DNA of 64,000 nucleotides from Escherichia coli (GTDB lineage Bacteria; Pseudomonadota; Gammaproteobacteria; Enterobacterales; Enterobacteriaceae), in NCBI RefSeq assembly GCF_044324785.1, contig NZ_CP172127.1, one strand, 5' to 3'. The translations under genes and the position numbers were made by a program. The notes beneath the pieces are model-generated. The model was not told the origin of the DNA. It ran no database searches and worked only from the letters and a program-made list of their open reading frames with translations. Shown in pieces: positions 31,874 through 43,463 of the stretch (positions within the stretch are counted from its first letter, which is position 1; the number at the start of each line of letters is the position of its first letter).

Positions 31874-32821
31874 ATGCAAAATCGGCTGACCATCAAAGAC
31901 ATCGCGCGCTTAAGCGGCGTGGGGAAATCTACGGTTTCCCGGGTGCTGAATAACGAAAGCGGCGTGAGCCAGCGCACGCGCGAGCGTGTTGAAGCAGTGA
32001 TGAATCAGCATGGATTTTCCCCTTCCCGCTCTGCGCGCGCTATGCGTGGGCAAAGCGATAAAGTGGTCGCCATCATTGTTACCCGTCTGGATTCGTTGTC
32101 AGAAAATCTCGCCGTTCAAACCATGCTGCCAGCGTTCTATGAACAAGGTTACGATCCAATCATGATGGAAAGTCAGTTTTCCCCACAATTAGTTGCCGAA
32201 CATTTGGGGGTGCTGAAACGGCGTAATATCGACGGCGTAGTGCTGTTCGGTTTTACCGGCATAACAGAAGAAATGTTAGCCCACTGGCAGTCATCGCTGG
32301 TTCTGCTGGCGCGTGACGCAAAAGGCTTTGCTTCGGTCTGTTATGACGACGAAGGGGCAATCAAGATCCTGATGCAACGGCTGTATGACCAGGGGCATCG
32401 TAATATCAGTTATCTCGGCGTGCCGCATAGTGACGTGACGACCGGTAAGCGACGTCACGAAGCCTACCTGGCGTTCTGCAAAGCGCATAAACTGCATCCC
32501 GTTGCCGCTCTGCCAGGCCTTGCTATGAAGCAAGGCTATGAGAACGTAGCAAAAGTGATTACGCCTGAAACTACCGCGTTACTGTGCGCAACCGACACGC
32601 TGGCACTTGGTGCAAGTAAATACCTGCAAGAGCAACGCATCGACACCTTGCAACTGGCGAGCGTCGGTAATACACCGTTAATGAAATTCCTCCATCCGGA
32701 GATCGTCACCGTAGATCCCGGTTACGCCGAAGCTGGACGCCAGGCGGCCTGCCAGTTGATCGCGCAGGTAACCGGGCGCAGCGAACCGCAACAAATCATC
32801 ATCCCCGCCACCCTGTCCTGA
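31874..32821 (+). CDS. treR: Trehalose operon repressor (LacI family)
   Basis: 315 aa; N-terminal HTH. Confidence 0.93.
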   Translation: MQNRLTIKDIARLSGVGKSTVSRVLNNESGVSQRTRERVEAVMNQHGFSPSRSARAMRGQSDKVVAIIVTRLDSLSENLAVQTMLPAFYEQGYDPIMMESQFSPQLVAEHLGVLKRRNIDGVVLFGFTGITEEMLAHWQSSLVLLARDAKGFASVCYDDEGAIKILMQRLYDQGHRNISYLGVPHSDVTTGKRRHEAYLAFCKAHKLHPVAALPGLAMKQGYENVAKVITPETTALLCATDTLALGASKYLQEQRIDTLQLASVGNTPLMKFLHPEIVTVDPGYAEAGRQAACQLIAQVTGRSEPQQIIIPATLS

Positions 32822-32939
32822 TCGTTTCCTGAACGATAAATTGTGATCTTCGCTGCGTTTCGGGAACGTTCCCGTTTTTAAATTTTTCCGCGCAATATAT
32901 TCTGCAGCCAACCAAAAATGTCATCTGCCATGGGGCTTT

Positions 32940-34361
32940 ATGATGAGCAAAATAAACCAAACGGATATCGATCGGTTGATTGAACTGGTCGGCGGGCGCG
33001 GCAATATTGCGACGGTGAGCCACTGTATTACTCGTCTGCGCTTTGTCCTCAACCAACCGGCCAATGCCAGACCGAAAGAAATTGAGCAACTCCCCATGGT
33101 GAAAGGCTGTTTCACCAATGCCGGGCAATTTCAGGTGGTGATTGGCACCAACGTGGGTGATTACTATCAAGCACTGATAGCGTCAACCGGACAGGCGCAG
33201 GTTGATAAAGAGCAGGTAAAAAAAGCCGCCCGGCAGAATATGAAATGGCATGAGCAGTTGATCTCTCATTTCGCGGAGATCTTCTTCCCGTTGCTGCCCG
33301 CGTTGATTAGTGGTGGTTTGATCCTCGGTTTTCGCAATGTGATCGGCGATTTGCCCATGAGCAACGGTCAGACGCTGGCGCAAATGTACCCTTCCCTGCA
33401 AACGATCTACGATTTTCTGTGGTTGATCGGTGAAGCGATCTTCTTCTACCTGCCGGTCGGGATTTGCTGGTCAGCGGTGAAAAAAATGGGCGGCACGCCG
33501 ATCCTTGGTATCGTGCTTGGCGTAACGCTGGTTTCTCCACAGCTGATGAACGCTTATCTGCTCGGGCAGCAGCTGCCGGAAGTGTGGGACTTTGGCATGT
33601 TCAGCATCGCCAAAGTGGGCTATCAGGCGCAGGTGATCCCGGCACTGTTAGCCGGGCTGGCGCTGGGCGTTATTGAAACTCGCCTTAAACGCATCGTGCC
33701 GGATTACCTCTATCTGGTGGTGGTGCCCGTCTGTTCGCTGATCCTCGCGGTGTTCCTCGCCCATGCGCTGATTGGTCCGTTTGGTCGCATGATTGGCGAT
33801 GGCGTTGCCTTTGCGGTACGTCACCTGATGACCGGCAGCTTTGCTCCGATTGGCGCGGCATTGTTTGGCTTCCTGTACGCCCCGCTGGTGATCACGGGCG
33901 TACACCAGACCACGCTTGCTATTGATTTGCAGATGATTCAAAGCATGGGTGGCACGCCAGTGTGGCCGCTGATTGCGCTGTCGAATATCGCTCAGGGTTC
34001 CGCCGTGATAGGCATTATCATTTCCAGCCGCAAGCACAATGAACGCGAGATCTCCGTGCCTGCTGCAATCTCCGCCTGGCTTGGGGTCACTGAGCCTGCA
34101 ATGTACGGCATCAACCTGAAATATCGCTTCCCGATGCTGTGCGCGATGATTGGTTCTGGTCTGGCAGGATTGCTTTGCGGCCTGAACGGCGTTATGGCGA
34201 ATGGCATCGGCGTAGGCGGCCTGCCGGGAATTCTCTCGATTCAACCGAGCTACTGGCAGGTGTTTGCGCTGGCAATGGCTATCGCCATCATCATCCCGAT
34301 TGTACTCACCTCGTTTATCTATCAGCGGAAATACCGTCTGGGCACGCTGGACATTGTTTAA
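32940..34361 (+). CDS. treB: PTS trehalose-specific EIIBC
   Basis: 473 aa; EIIB CITRLR motif followed by EIIC membrane domain. Confidence 0.93.
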   Translation: MMSKINQTDIDRLIELVGGRGNIATVSHCITRLRFVLNQPANARPKEIEQLPMVKGCFTNAGQFQVVIGTNVGDYYQALIASTGQAQVDKEQVKKAARQNMKWHEQLISHFAEIFFPLLPALISGGLILGFRNVIGDLPMSNGQTLAQMYPSLQTIYDFLWLIGEAIFFYLPVGICWSAVKKMGGTPILGIVLGVTLVSPQLMNAYLLGQQLPEVWDFGMFSIAKVGYQAQVIPALLAGLALGVIETRLKRIVPDYLYLVVVPVCSLILAVFLAHALIGPFGRMIGDGVAFAVRHLMTGSFAPIGAALFGFLYAPLVITGVHQTTLAIDLQMIQSMGGTPVWPLIALSNIAQGSAVIGIIISSRKHNEREISVPAAISAWLGVTEPAMYGINLKYRFPMLCAMIGSGLAGLLCGLNGVMANGIGVGGLPGILSIQPSYWQVFALAMAIAIIIPIVLTSFIYQRKYRLGTLDIV

Positions 34362-34410
34362 TTTTCTTCGGGGCGCAATTGCGCCCCCTCGCATTTGCAG
34401 GAATAACGTA

Positions 34411-36066
34411 ATGACTAATCTTCCCCACTGGTGGCAAAACGGCGTTATCTACCAGATTTATCCAAAGAGTTTTCAGGACACCACGGGTAGCGGCACCGGC
34501 GATTTACGTGGCGTTATCCAGCGCCTGGACTATCTGCATAAACTGGGCGTTGATGCCATCTGGCTAACCCCCTTTTATGTCTCTCCCCAGGTCGATAACG
34601 GTTACGACGTAGCGAACTATACGGCGATTGATCCCACCTACGGCACACTGGACGATTTTGACGAACTGGTGACACAGGCAAAATCTCGCGGGATTCGTAT
34701 CATTCTCGATATGGTGTTTAACCATACCTCTACCCAACATGCCTGGTTTCGTGAGGCGCTGAACAAAGCAAGCCCTTACCGCCAGTTTTATATCTGGCGC
34801 GATGGAGAACCAGAAACACCACCGAACAACTGGCGTTCAAAATTTGGCGGTAGCGCGTGGCGCTGGCATGCGGAAAGCGAACAGTACTATTTGCATCTCT
34901 TTGCACCAGAACAGGCGGATCTCAACTGGGAGAATCCAGCGGTACGCGCAGAGCTGAAAAAAGTCTGTGAGTTCTGGGCCGATCGTGGGGTCGACGGGTT
35001 GCGCCTGGATGTGGTGAATCTGATCTCCAAAGACCCGCGTTTCCCTGATGACCTGGATGGCGACGGGCGTCGCTTCTACACCGACGGGCCACGAGCACAC
35101 GAGTTTTTGCACGAGATGAACCGCGATGTGTTTACGCCGCGCGGGTTAATGACCGTAGGTGAAATGTCCTCCACCAGCCTTGAGCATTGCCAGCGATATG
35201 CGGCACTGACAGGCAGTGAATTGTCGATGACCTTTAATTTTCATCACCTGAAAGTCGATTATCCCGGTGGTGAAAAATGGACGCTGGCTAAACCTGACTT
35301 TGTGGCGTTGAAAACATTGTTCCGCCACTGGCAACAAGGAATGCACAACGTGGCATGGAATGCCTTGTTCTGGTGTAACCACGATCAGCCGCGCATTGTT
35401 TCTCGCTTTGGTGATGAAGGTGAATACCGCGTGCCTGCGGCAAAAATGCTGGCGATGGTGCTGCATGGCATGCAGGGAACGCCATATATCTACCAGGGCG
35501 AAGAGATTGGCATGACTAACCCACATTTCACGCGCATTACTGACTATCGCGACGTGGAGAGCCTCAATATGTTTGCCGAGCTGCGCAACGATGGGCGTGA
35601 TGCCGACGAGTTATTGGCAATCCTCGCCAGTAAATCCCGTGACAACAGTCGCACACCCATGCAATGGAGCAACGGCGATAATGCCGGGTTTACGGCTGGC
35701 GAACCGTGGATTGGCCTGGGCGATAACTATCAACAAATCAACGTAGAAGCAGCGCTGGCCGATGAGTCCTCGGTGTTTTACACCTACCAAAAGTTAATCG
35801 CACTGCGTAAGCAAGAAGCCGTCCTGACATGGGGCGATTACCAGGATCTGCTGCCAAACAGCCCTGTATTGTGGTGCTATCGCCGTGAGTGGAAGGGGCA
35901 AACCTTGCTGGTCATTGCCAACCTTAGCCGTGAGACCCAACCCTGGCAGCCAGGGAAAATGCTCGGCAACTGGCAGCTTGTGATGCATAACTACGAAGAA
36001 GCCTCACCACAACCCTGTGCCATGACTTTACGGCCTTTTGAGGCTGTCTGGTGGTTACAGAAGTAA
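34411..36066 (+). CDS. treC: Trehalose-6-phosphate hydrolase
   Basis: ORF 34264..36066; start MTNLPHWWQNGVIYQIYP (551 aa); GH13 family. Confidence 0.93.
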   Translation: MTNLPHWWQNGVIYQIYPKSFQDTTGSGTGDLRGVIQRLDYLHKLGVDAIWLTPFYVSPQVDNGYDVANYTAIDPTYGTLDDFDELVTQAKSRGIRIILDMVFNHTSTQHAWFREALNKASPYRQFYIWRDGEPETPPNNWRSKFGGSAWRWHAESEQYYLHLFAPEQADLNWENPAVRAELKKVCEFWADRGVDGLRLDVVNLISKDPRFPDDLDGDGRRFYTDGPRAHEFLHEMNRDVFTPRGLMTVGEMSSTSLEHCQRYAALTGSELSMTFNFHHLKVDYPGGEKWTLAKPDFVALKTLFRHWQQGMHNVAWNALFWCNHDQPRIVSRFGDEGEYRVPAAKMLAMVLHGMQGTPYIYQGEEIGMTNPHFTRITDYRDVESLNMFAELRNDGRDADELLAILASKSRDNSRTPMQWSNGDNAGFTAGEPWIGLGDNYQQINVEAALADESSVFYTYQKLIALRKQEAVLTWGDYQDLLPNSPVLWCYRREWKGQTLLVIANLSRETQPWQPGKMLGNWQLVMHNYEEASPQPCAMTLRPFEAVWWLQK

Positions 36067-36078
36067 ATCTTCCCTAAG

Positions 36079-36108
36079 CCCCGGTAATGCCGATCATTCC
36101 GGGGTTTT
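36079..36108 (+). terminator. Rho-independent terminator after treC
   Basis: CCCCGG...CCGGGG hairpin followed by TTTTGT. Confidence 0.65.
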
Positions 36109-36459
36109 GTCTGTCAGTATGTTGTTTTTGTTGATTTTTCAACCAGCAAATTCATTAAAAAATTTACATAACGCTGTAGCGCCCGTCATCCGTACGCTCT
36201 GCTTTTTACTTTGAGCTACATCAAAAAAAGTTAAAACATCCTTGATGCAAAGCACTATATATAGACTTTAAAATGCGTCCCAACCCAATATGTTGTATTA
36301 ATCGACTATAATTGCTACTACAGCTCCCCACGAAAAAGGTGCGGCGTTGTGGATAAGCGGATGGCGATTGCGGAAAGCACCGGAAAACGAAACAAAAAAA
36401 CCGGAAAACGCCTTTCCCAATTTCTGTGGATAACCTGTTCTTAAAAATATGGAGCGATC

Positions 36460-38598
36460 ATGACACCGCATGTGATGAAACGAGACGGCTGCAAAGTGCC
36501 GTTTAAATCAGAGCGCATCAAAGAAGCGATTCTGCGTGCAGCTAAAGCAGCGGAAGTCGATGATGCCGATTATTGCGCCACTGTTGCTGCGGTTGTCAGC
36601 GAGCAGATGCAGGGCCGCAACCAGGTGGATATCAATGAGATCCAGACCGCAGTTGAAAACCAGCTGATGTCGGGTCCATACAAACAACTGGCTCGTGCTT
36701 ACATCGAGTACCGTCACGATCGCGACATTGAACGTGAAAAACGCGGTCGCCTGAACCAGGAAATCCGTGGTCTGGTCGAGCAGACCAACTCCTCGTTGCT
36801 CAACGAAAACGCCAACAAAGACAGCAAGGTGATTCCAACCCAGCGCGACCTGCTGGCCGGGATCGTGGCTAAACACTATGCACGCCAGCACCTGCTGCCG
36901 CGTGACGTGGTGCAGGCACATGAGCGTGGCGATATTCACTATCACGATCTCGATTACTCACCGTTCTTCCCGATGTTCAATTGCATGTTGATCGACCTGA
37001 AAGGCATGCTGACCCAGGGCTTTAAGATGGGGAACGCCGAGATTGAACCGCCGAAGTCGATCTCTACGGCAACCGCTGTAACTGCGCAGATTATTGCTCA
37101 GGTCGCCAGCCATATTTATGGCGGCACCACCATTAACCGTATCGATGAAGTGCTGGCACCGTTTGTCACCGCCAGCTACAACAAACATCGCAAGACCGCA
37201 GAAGAGTGGAACATCCCGGACGCCGAAGGCTACGCTAACTCTCGAACCATCAAAGAGTGCTACGATGCCTTCCAGTCGCTGGAGTACGAAGTAAACACCC
37301 TGCACACCGCCAACGGTCAAACACCGTTTGTGACCTTTGGTTTTGGTCTGGGCACCAGCTGGGAGTCGCGCCTGATTCAGGAATCTATCCTGCGTAACCG
37401 TATCGCAGGCCTCGGTAAAAACCGTAAAACTGCGGTGTTCCCGAAACTGGTGTTTGCGATTCGCGATGGCCTAAACCATAAAAAAGGCGATCCGAACTAC
37501 GACATCAAACAGCTGGCGCTGGAGTGCGCAAGCAAGCGCATGTATCCGGATATCCTGAACTACGATCAGGTAGTGAAAGTCACCGGTTCGTTTAAAACCC
37601 CGATGGGCTGCCGCAGCTTCCTCGGCGTGTGGGAAAATGAAAACGGCGAGCAGATCCACGATGGTCGTAACAACCTCGGCGTGATCAGCCTGAACCTGCC
37701 GCGTATTGCTCTGGAGGCAAAAGGCGATGAAGCCACCTTCTGGAAGCTGCTGGATGAACGTCTGGTGCTGGCACGTAAGGCGCTGATGACCCGTATCGCC
37801 CGTCTGGAAGGCGTGAAGGCACGCGTAGCTCCTATCCTCTATATGGAAGGTGCTTGTGGCGTGCGTCTGAATGCTGACGATGATGTTTCTGAAATCTTCA
37901 AAAACGGTCGTGCGTCTATTTCGCTGGGCTACATCGGCATCCACGAAACCATTAACGCGCTGTTCGGCGGCGAGCATGTTTACGACAACGAGCAGCTTCG
38001 CGCGAAAGGTATCGCGATTGTTGAACGTCTGCGTCAGGCGGTGGATCAGTGGAAAGAAGAAACGGGTTATGGTTTCAGTCTCTACAGCACGCCAAGTGAA
38101 AACCTGTGCGACCGCTTCTGCCGTCTCGATACCGCTGAGTTTGGCGTGGTGCCGGGCGTGACCGATAAAGGTTACTACACCAACAGTTTCCACCTTGATG
38201 TGGAGAAAAAGGTGAACCCGTATGACAAGATCGACTTTGAAGCGCCTTACCCGCCGCTGGCGAACGGTGGTTTCATTTGCTACGGCGAGTATCCAAACAT
38301 TCAGCACAACCTGAAGGCGCTGGAAGATGTCTGGGATTACAGCTATCAGCATGTACCGTATTACGGCACCAATACGCCGATCGATGAGTGCTACGAGTGT
38401 GGCTTTACTGGCGAGTTCGAGTGCACCAGCAAAGGCTTCACTTGCCCGAAATGTGGTAACCATGACGCCTCCCGTGTGTCGGTGACTCGCCGCGTGTGCG
38501 GATATTTAGGTAGCCCGGATGCACGTCCGTTTAACGCCGGTAAGCAGGAAGAAGTTAAGCGCCGCGTTAAACATTTGGGAAATGGGCAGATCGGTTAA
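36460..38598 (+). CDS. nrdD: Anaerobic ribonucleoside-triphosphate reductase
   Basis: 712 aa; C-terminal glycyl-radical region and Zn-ribbon CxxC...CxxC. Confidence 0.96.
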   Translation: MTPHVMKRDGCKVPFKSERIKEAILRAAKAAEVDDADYCATVAAVVSEQMQGRNQVDINEIQTAVENQLMSGPYKQLARAYIEYRHDRDIEREKRGRLNQEIRGLVEQTNSSLLNENANKDSKVIPTQRDLLAGIVAKHYARQHLLPRDVVQAHERGDIHYHDLDYSPFFPMFNCMLIDLKGMLTQGFKMGNAEIEPPKSISTATAVTAQIIAQVASHIYGGTTINRIDEVLAPFVTASYNKHRKTAEEWNIPDAEGYANSRTIKECYDAFQSLEYEVNTLHTANGQTPFVTFGFGLGTSWESRLIQESILRNRIAGLGKNRKTAVFPKLVFAIRDGLNHKKGDPNYDIKQLALECASKRMYPDILNYDQVVKVTGSFKTPMGCRSFLGVWENENGEQIHDGRNNLGVISLNLPRIALEAKGDEATFWKLLDERLVLARKALMTRIARLEGVKARVAPILYMEGACGVRLNADDDVSEIFKNGRASISLGYIGIHETINALFGGEHVYDNEQLRAKGIAIVERLRQAVDQWKEETGYGFSLYSTPSENLCDRFCRLDTAEFGVVPGVTDKGYYTNSFHLDVEKKVNPYDKIDFEAPYPPLANGGFICYGEYPNIQHNLKALEDVWDYSYQHVPYYGTNTPIDECYECGFTGEFECTSKGFTCPKCGNHDASRVSVTRRVCGYLGSPDARPFNAGKQEEVKRRVKHLGNGQIG

Positions 38599-38619
38599 TC
38601 TTCACTCTGCGTTAAGCAA

Positions 38620-38750
<131 letters not shown>

Positions 38751-38755
38751 AAATA

Positions 38756-39220
38756 ATGAATTATCATCAGTACTATCCTGTCGACATCGTCAACGGCCCC
38801 GGCACTCGCTGTACCCTGTTTGTCTCCGGGTGTGTTCATGAATGCCCCGGTTGCTATAACAAAAGCACATGGCGGGTAAATTCTGGTCAGCCATTTACCA
38901 AAGCAATGGAAGACCAGATCATTAACGATCTGAATGACACTCGTATCAAACGCCAGGGGATTTCCCTCTCCGGCGGCGATCCGCTGCATCCGCAAAACGT
39001 GCCGGATATTCTGAAACTGGTACAACGCATCCGCGCCGAGTGTCCGGGTAAAGACATCTGGGTGTGGACAGGCTACAAGCTGGACGAGCTCAACGCCGCA
39101 CAAATGGAAGTGGTCGATCTCATCAACGTGCTGGTCGACGGTAAGTTTGTGCAGGATTTAAAAGACCCTTCCCTGATCTGGCGCGGCAGCAGCAATCAGG
39201 TGGTGCATCATTTGCGATGA
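38756..39220 (+). CDS. nrdG: Anaerobic RNR activating enzyme (radical SAM)
   Basis: ORF 38711..39220; start MNYHQYYPVD (154 aa); radical-SAM CxxxCxxC-type cluster. Confidence 0.92.
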   Translation: MNYHQYYPVDIVNGPGTRCTLFVSGCVHECPGCYNKSTWRVNSGQPFTKAMEDQIINDLNDTRIKRQGISLSGGDPLHPQNVPDILKLVQRIRAECPGKDIWVWTGYKLDELNAAQMEVVDLINVLVDGKFVQDLKDPSLIWRGSSNQVVHHLR

Positions 39221-39264
39221 TAAGTTCCCTGTTACCTGAGTGCAGGCAACAGGGAAATAAGGAA

Positions 39265-39654
<390 letters not shown>

Positions 39655-39834
39655 TCACTTCCTTTTTTATTTACACTTCATCCTTCACACTGCCTCATCG
39701 ACGGCTACGCTCATTCGACCGGGTCACCTACTACGAGTACGCTCCCCGGCCCTCATTCACTTTCCGTCTCGATGCAGTGCGAATGATTTTGTGTAATTTT
39801 TTAGTTTATAGCGCGGCAGGTCGCGCCAGTTTTT

Positions 39835-41187
39835 TTACTGCCCGGCGATTTTCATCTCCGGCAACAGCACAGAACCACACTGTATATTACTGCGTGTTTC
39901 AATATCGTTACCGACGGTGACAATATTGCGCCACATATCTTTCAAATTACCTGCGATGGTGATTTCACTAACAGGATACTGAATTTCGCCATTCTCTACC
40001 CAGAAGCCCGCTGCACCACGGGAATAATCACCGGTAATGGCACTCACGCCCTGGCCCATTAGCTCCGTCACCACCAGCCCGGTGCCCATCTCTTTGAGCA
40101 TTTGTTCGAAGCTTAGCCCTTGTCCGGCAATCCGCCAGTTATGAATACCGCCCGCGTGCCCAGTGCTTTTCAGCCCCAGTTTCCGCGCCGAGTAGCTGGT
40201 CAGCAGCCACTGAGTCAGAATGCCATCTTTAATAATATCGCGACGCTCGGTGCGCACACCTTCGCTGTCGAATGGTGTAGATGCCAGCCCTTTCAGCAGA
40301 TGCGGATGTTCTTCAATAGTCAGCCAGTCCGGCAGAATTTGTTTACCGAGCGAGTCGAGCAAGAAGGTCGATTTACGGTAGACCGCACCACCCGCTATCG
40401 CCCCCACCAAATGACCAAACAACCCTGTTGCCACTTCATTGGCAAAAATCACCGGCGCTTTCATGGTAGAAAGTTTACGCGGTGACAGGCGCGATAAAGT
40501 GCGGCGAGCACAGTCGGCCCCGACCCACTCTGGCGTTTGCAGATCGCTCATCGCACGACCAATGGTGTAGGCGTAATCACGCTCCATATCGCCATTTTCT
40601 TCGGCAATTACACAGCTGGAGAGCGAATGACGCGTTGAGCAGTAACCCTGCAACATGCCGTGGCTGTTGCCAAAAACTTTGACACCGTAGTGGCTGTTAA
40701 AGCTGCCACCTTCGGTATTGGTGATGCGTTTATCCGCCTGCAATGCTGCCTGTTCTGCGCGGGCCGCCAGTTCAATGGCTTCATCCGGGGAAACTTCCGC
40801 AGGGTGGAACAAGTCGAGATCCGGTGCGTCAAAGGCCAGCAGCTCTTTGTCTGCCACGCCGGCACAGGGATCTGGCGAGGTATAACGGGCAATATCCAGC
40901 GCCGCCTGTACGGTGCGGGCAATGGCCTGCGGGCTTAAATCGGTAGACGATGCGCTACCTTTGCGGTTCTGGTGATAAACAGTGATCCCCAGCGCGCCAT
41001 CGCTATTAAATTCAACATTCTCCACTTCACCATAGCGCGTGCTTACGCTAATGCCGGTGGTCTTGCTGACGGCAACTTCCGCACCGTCCGATTTGCCTGA
41101 GGCCAACTCCAGCGCAGTGGAAACTGCTTCTTCCAGAATCTTGCGCTGCGCTTCAACTTGAGAGATTACTTTCATTGCAAGTGCCAT
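39835..41187 (-). CDS. pmbA: Metalloprotease PmbA/TldE
   Basis: 450 aa. Confidence 0.93.
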   Translation of the reverse strand: MALAMKVISQVEAQRKILEEAVSTALELASGKSDGAEVAVSKTTGISVSTRYGEVENVEFNSDGALGITVYHQNRKGSASSTDLSPQAIARTVQAALDIARYTSPDPCAGVADKELLAFDAPDLDLFHPAEVSPDEAIELAARAEQAALQADKRITNTEGGSFNSHYGVKVFGNSHGMLQGYCSTRHSLSSCVIAEENGDMERDYAYTIGRAMSDLQTPEWVGADCARRTLSRLSPRKLSTMKAPVIFANEVATGLFGHLVGAIAGGAVYRKSTFLLDSLGKQILPDWLTIEEHPHLLKGLASTPFDSEGVRTERRDIIKDGILTQWLLTSYSARKLGLKSTGHAGGIHNWRIAGQGLSFEQMLKEMGTGLVVTELMGQGVSAITGDYSRGAAGFWVENGEIQYPVSEITIAGNLKDMWRNIVTVGNDIETRSNIQCGSVLLPEMKIAGQ

Positions 41188-41280
41188 AATGTAGAGAGTT
41201 TCTCTGAAGTCTAACAGAGAACCGTTTTTCAGTGCGCATCTTAACTGGTAACATTAGCCTCTTTTTTTAAGGAGCCTGAG

Positions 41281-41832
41281 ATGACTAAGCAGCCCGAAGA
41301 CTGGCTCGACGACGTTCCCGGTGATGACATCGAAGACGAAGACGATGAAATTATCTGGGTCAGTAAAAGTGAAATTAAACGCGATGCCGAGGAGCTAAAA
41401 CGCCTTGGCGCGGAAATTGTTGATCTGGGGAAAAACGCGCTGGATAAGATCCCGTTAGATGCGGATCTGCGCGCGGCTATTGAGCTTGCCCAGCGTATTA
41501 AGATGGAAGGTCGCCGCCGCCAGTTGCAGCTCATCGGCAAGATGCTGCGCCAGCGCGACGTAGAACCTATTCGTCAGGCGCTGGATAAGCTGAAAAACCG
41601 CCACAATCAGCAGGTGGTGCTGTTCCATAAACTGGAAAACCTGCGCGATCGTCTGATCGACCAGGGTGATGATGCCATCGCTGAAGTATTGAATCTGTGG
41701 CCCGATGCCGATCGTCAGCAACTGCGTACTCTGATCCGTAACGCGAAGAAAGAGAAAGAAGGGAATAAGCCACCGAAATCCGCACGCCAGATTTTCCAGT
41801 ATCTGCGCGAGTTAGCAGAGAACGAAGGGTAA
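41281..41832 (+). CDS. yjgA: Ribosome-associated protein YjgA (DUF615)
   Basis: 183 aa, charged. Confidence 0.9.
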
Positions 41833-41858
41833 TTTTCGTTGTTGATGTGAGTATGGTT

Positions 41859-41890
41859 TGCCGGATACGGTGTAAACGCCTTATCCGGCA
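41859..41890. repeat. REP element
   Basis: TGCCGGATACGGTGTAAACGCCTTATCCGGCA. Confidence 0.75.
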
Positions 41891-41914
41891 ATGCTATATC
41901 AGGCTGAGGCCGAA

Positions 41915-43288
41915 TTACTGCGCGGCTTCCGCTTTCTTCGCCAGACCATCCAGCAGTTTCTGATGGATGCCACCAAAACCGCCGTTGCTCATCACCAGAA
42001 TATGGTCGCCAGGCTGAGCGGTTTTCACCACCATATCTGCCAGCGTATCCACATCGCCACTCCAGTGTGCAGGCTGAACGCAGGCTTCTGCCACTTCTGC
42101 CACCTGCCACGGAATATGCGCCGGTTGCAGCAGGAAGACTTCATCGGCACGACCTAATGAAGGTGCCAGATCGTCTTTGCAGATCCCCATTTTCATGGTA
42201 TTCGAGCGCGGTTCCAGCACGGCAATAATGCGCGCCGTACCGCCAACTTTGCCACGCAGCGCCGCCAGCGTTGCCAGAATCGCAGTCGGGTGATGGGCGA
42301 AATCGTCATATACCGTCACGCCATTGGCTTCACCACGCAACTCCAGACGGCGACGAGCATTAATAAACGAACCCAGCGCGTTAGCGGCATCTGCCGGCGC
42401 TACGCCAACATGGCGGGCCGCCGCAATCGCCATCAGGCCATTATGCATATTATGTTCGCCTACCAGCGACCATTTCACTTCGCCCACTTTTTCGCCATCC
42501 AGCAAGACTTCCCATTCGGAAGCATCGGTGGTCAGCTTTTTCGCCTGCCAGTGACCCTGCTCGCCCACCAGCTCCTGCTCGCTCCAGCAGCCCATCGCCA
42601 TGGTCTGTTTCAGGTTGATGTCGTTTTCCGGCCAGATAATACGGCCCTGCCCCGGAACGATACGCACCAGATGGTGGAACTGTTTCTGGATCGCTTTCAG
42701 GTCGTCAAAGATATCGGCGTGATCGAACTCAAGGTTGTTGAGGATCAGCGTACGCGGGCAGTAATGGACAAATTTAGAGCGTTTGTCGAAAAAGGCGCAG
42801 TCGTACTCATCCGCTTCGATAACAAAGAAGTCGCTTTCGCCCAGACGCGCCGAAACCTCAAAGTTCCCCGGCACACCGCCGATCACAAATCCCGGTTTGT
42901 AACCGCACTGTTCCAGAATCCAGGTCGCCATTCCCGCGGTGGTAGTTTTGCCGTGTGTACCGGCAACGGCCAGCACCCAGCGGTCGCGCAGCACAAAATC
43001 GTGCAGCCACTGTGGACCTGACATATAAGGGATGTTTTTTTCCAGTACCGCTTCCACACACGGATTTCCACGGGTCATGGCGTTGCCAATAATCACCAGA
43101 TCCGGCTGCGGGTCGAGCTGGCTGGCATCGTAACCCTGAATCAGTTCAATGCCTTGCTTCTCAAGTAAGGTGCTCATCGGCGGATACACATTGGCGTCCG
43201 AACCCGTTACTTCATGGCCTAACTGGCGCGCCAGCATCGCCAGACCGCCCATAAACGTGCCACAAATTCCTAAAATATGAATGCGCAT
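41915..43288 (-). CDS. mpl: UDP-N-acetylmuramate:L-Ala-gamma-D-Glu-meso-DAP ligase (murein peptide ligase)
   Basis: 457 aa; Mur ligase GTHGKTTT motif. Confidence 0.94.
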   Translation of the reverse strand: MRIHILGICGTFMGGLAMLARQLGHEVTGSDANVYPPMSTLLEKQGIELIQGYDASQLDPQPDLVIIGNAMTRGNPCVEAVLEKNIPYMSGPQWLHDFVLRDRWVLAVAGTHGKTTTAGMATWILEQCGYKPGFVIGGVPGNFEVSARLGESDFFVIEADEYDCAFFDKRSKFVHYCPRTLILNNLEFDHADIFDDLKAIQKQFHHLVRIVPGQGRIIWPENDINLKQTMAMGCWSEQELVGEQGHWQAKKLTTDASEWEVLLDGEKVGEVKWSLVGEHNMHNGLMAIAAARHVGVAPADAANALGSFINARRRLELRGEANGVTVYDDFAHHPTAILATLAALRGKVGGTARIIAVLEPRSNTMKMGICKDDLAPSLGRADEVFLLQPAHIPWQVAEVAEACVQPAHWSGDVDTLADMVVKTAQPGDHILVMSNGGFGGIHQKLLDGLAKKAEAAQ

Positions 43289-43463
43289 ACGTCACTATCC
43301 TTTTTTAATCTGGCGCTCATTTTACGCATATGTCGGGCAAGTGAGAAACGCATTTCAGGATAATCCGTAATTTGCTGGCGCGATTCACCTGAGCGCAACA
43401 TTGAGATTATTTGTTAAGATTGTTGCGGTCGCTTTACTCCATAAACATTGCAGGGAAAGTTTT

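Noticed and set aside
33648-34394. 248-aa ORF antisense to treB
   Set aside because: Embedded opposite the PTS EIIBC gene; artefact.
37471-38463. 330-aa ORF antisense to nrdD
   Set aside because: Fully embedded opposite nrdD; artefact.
42290-43021. 243-aa ORF antisense to mpl
   Set aside because: Embedded opposite mpl; artefact.
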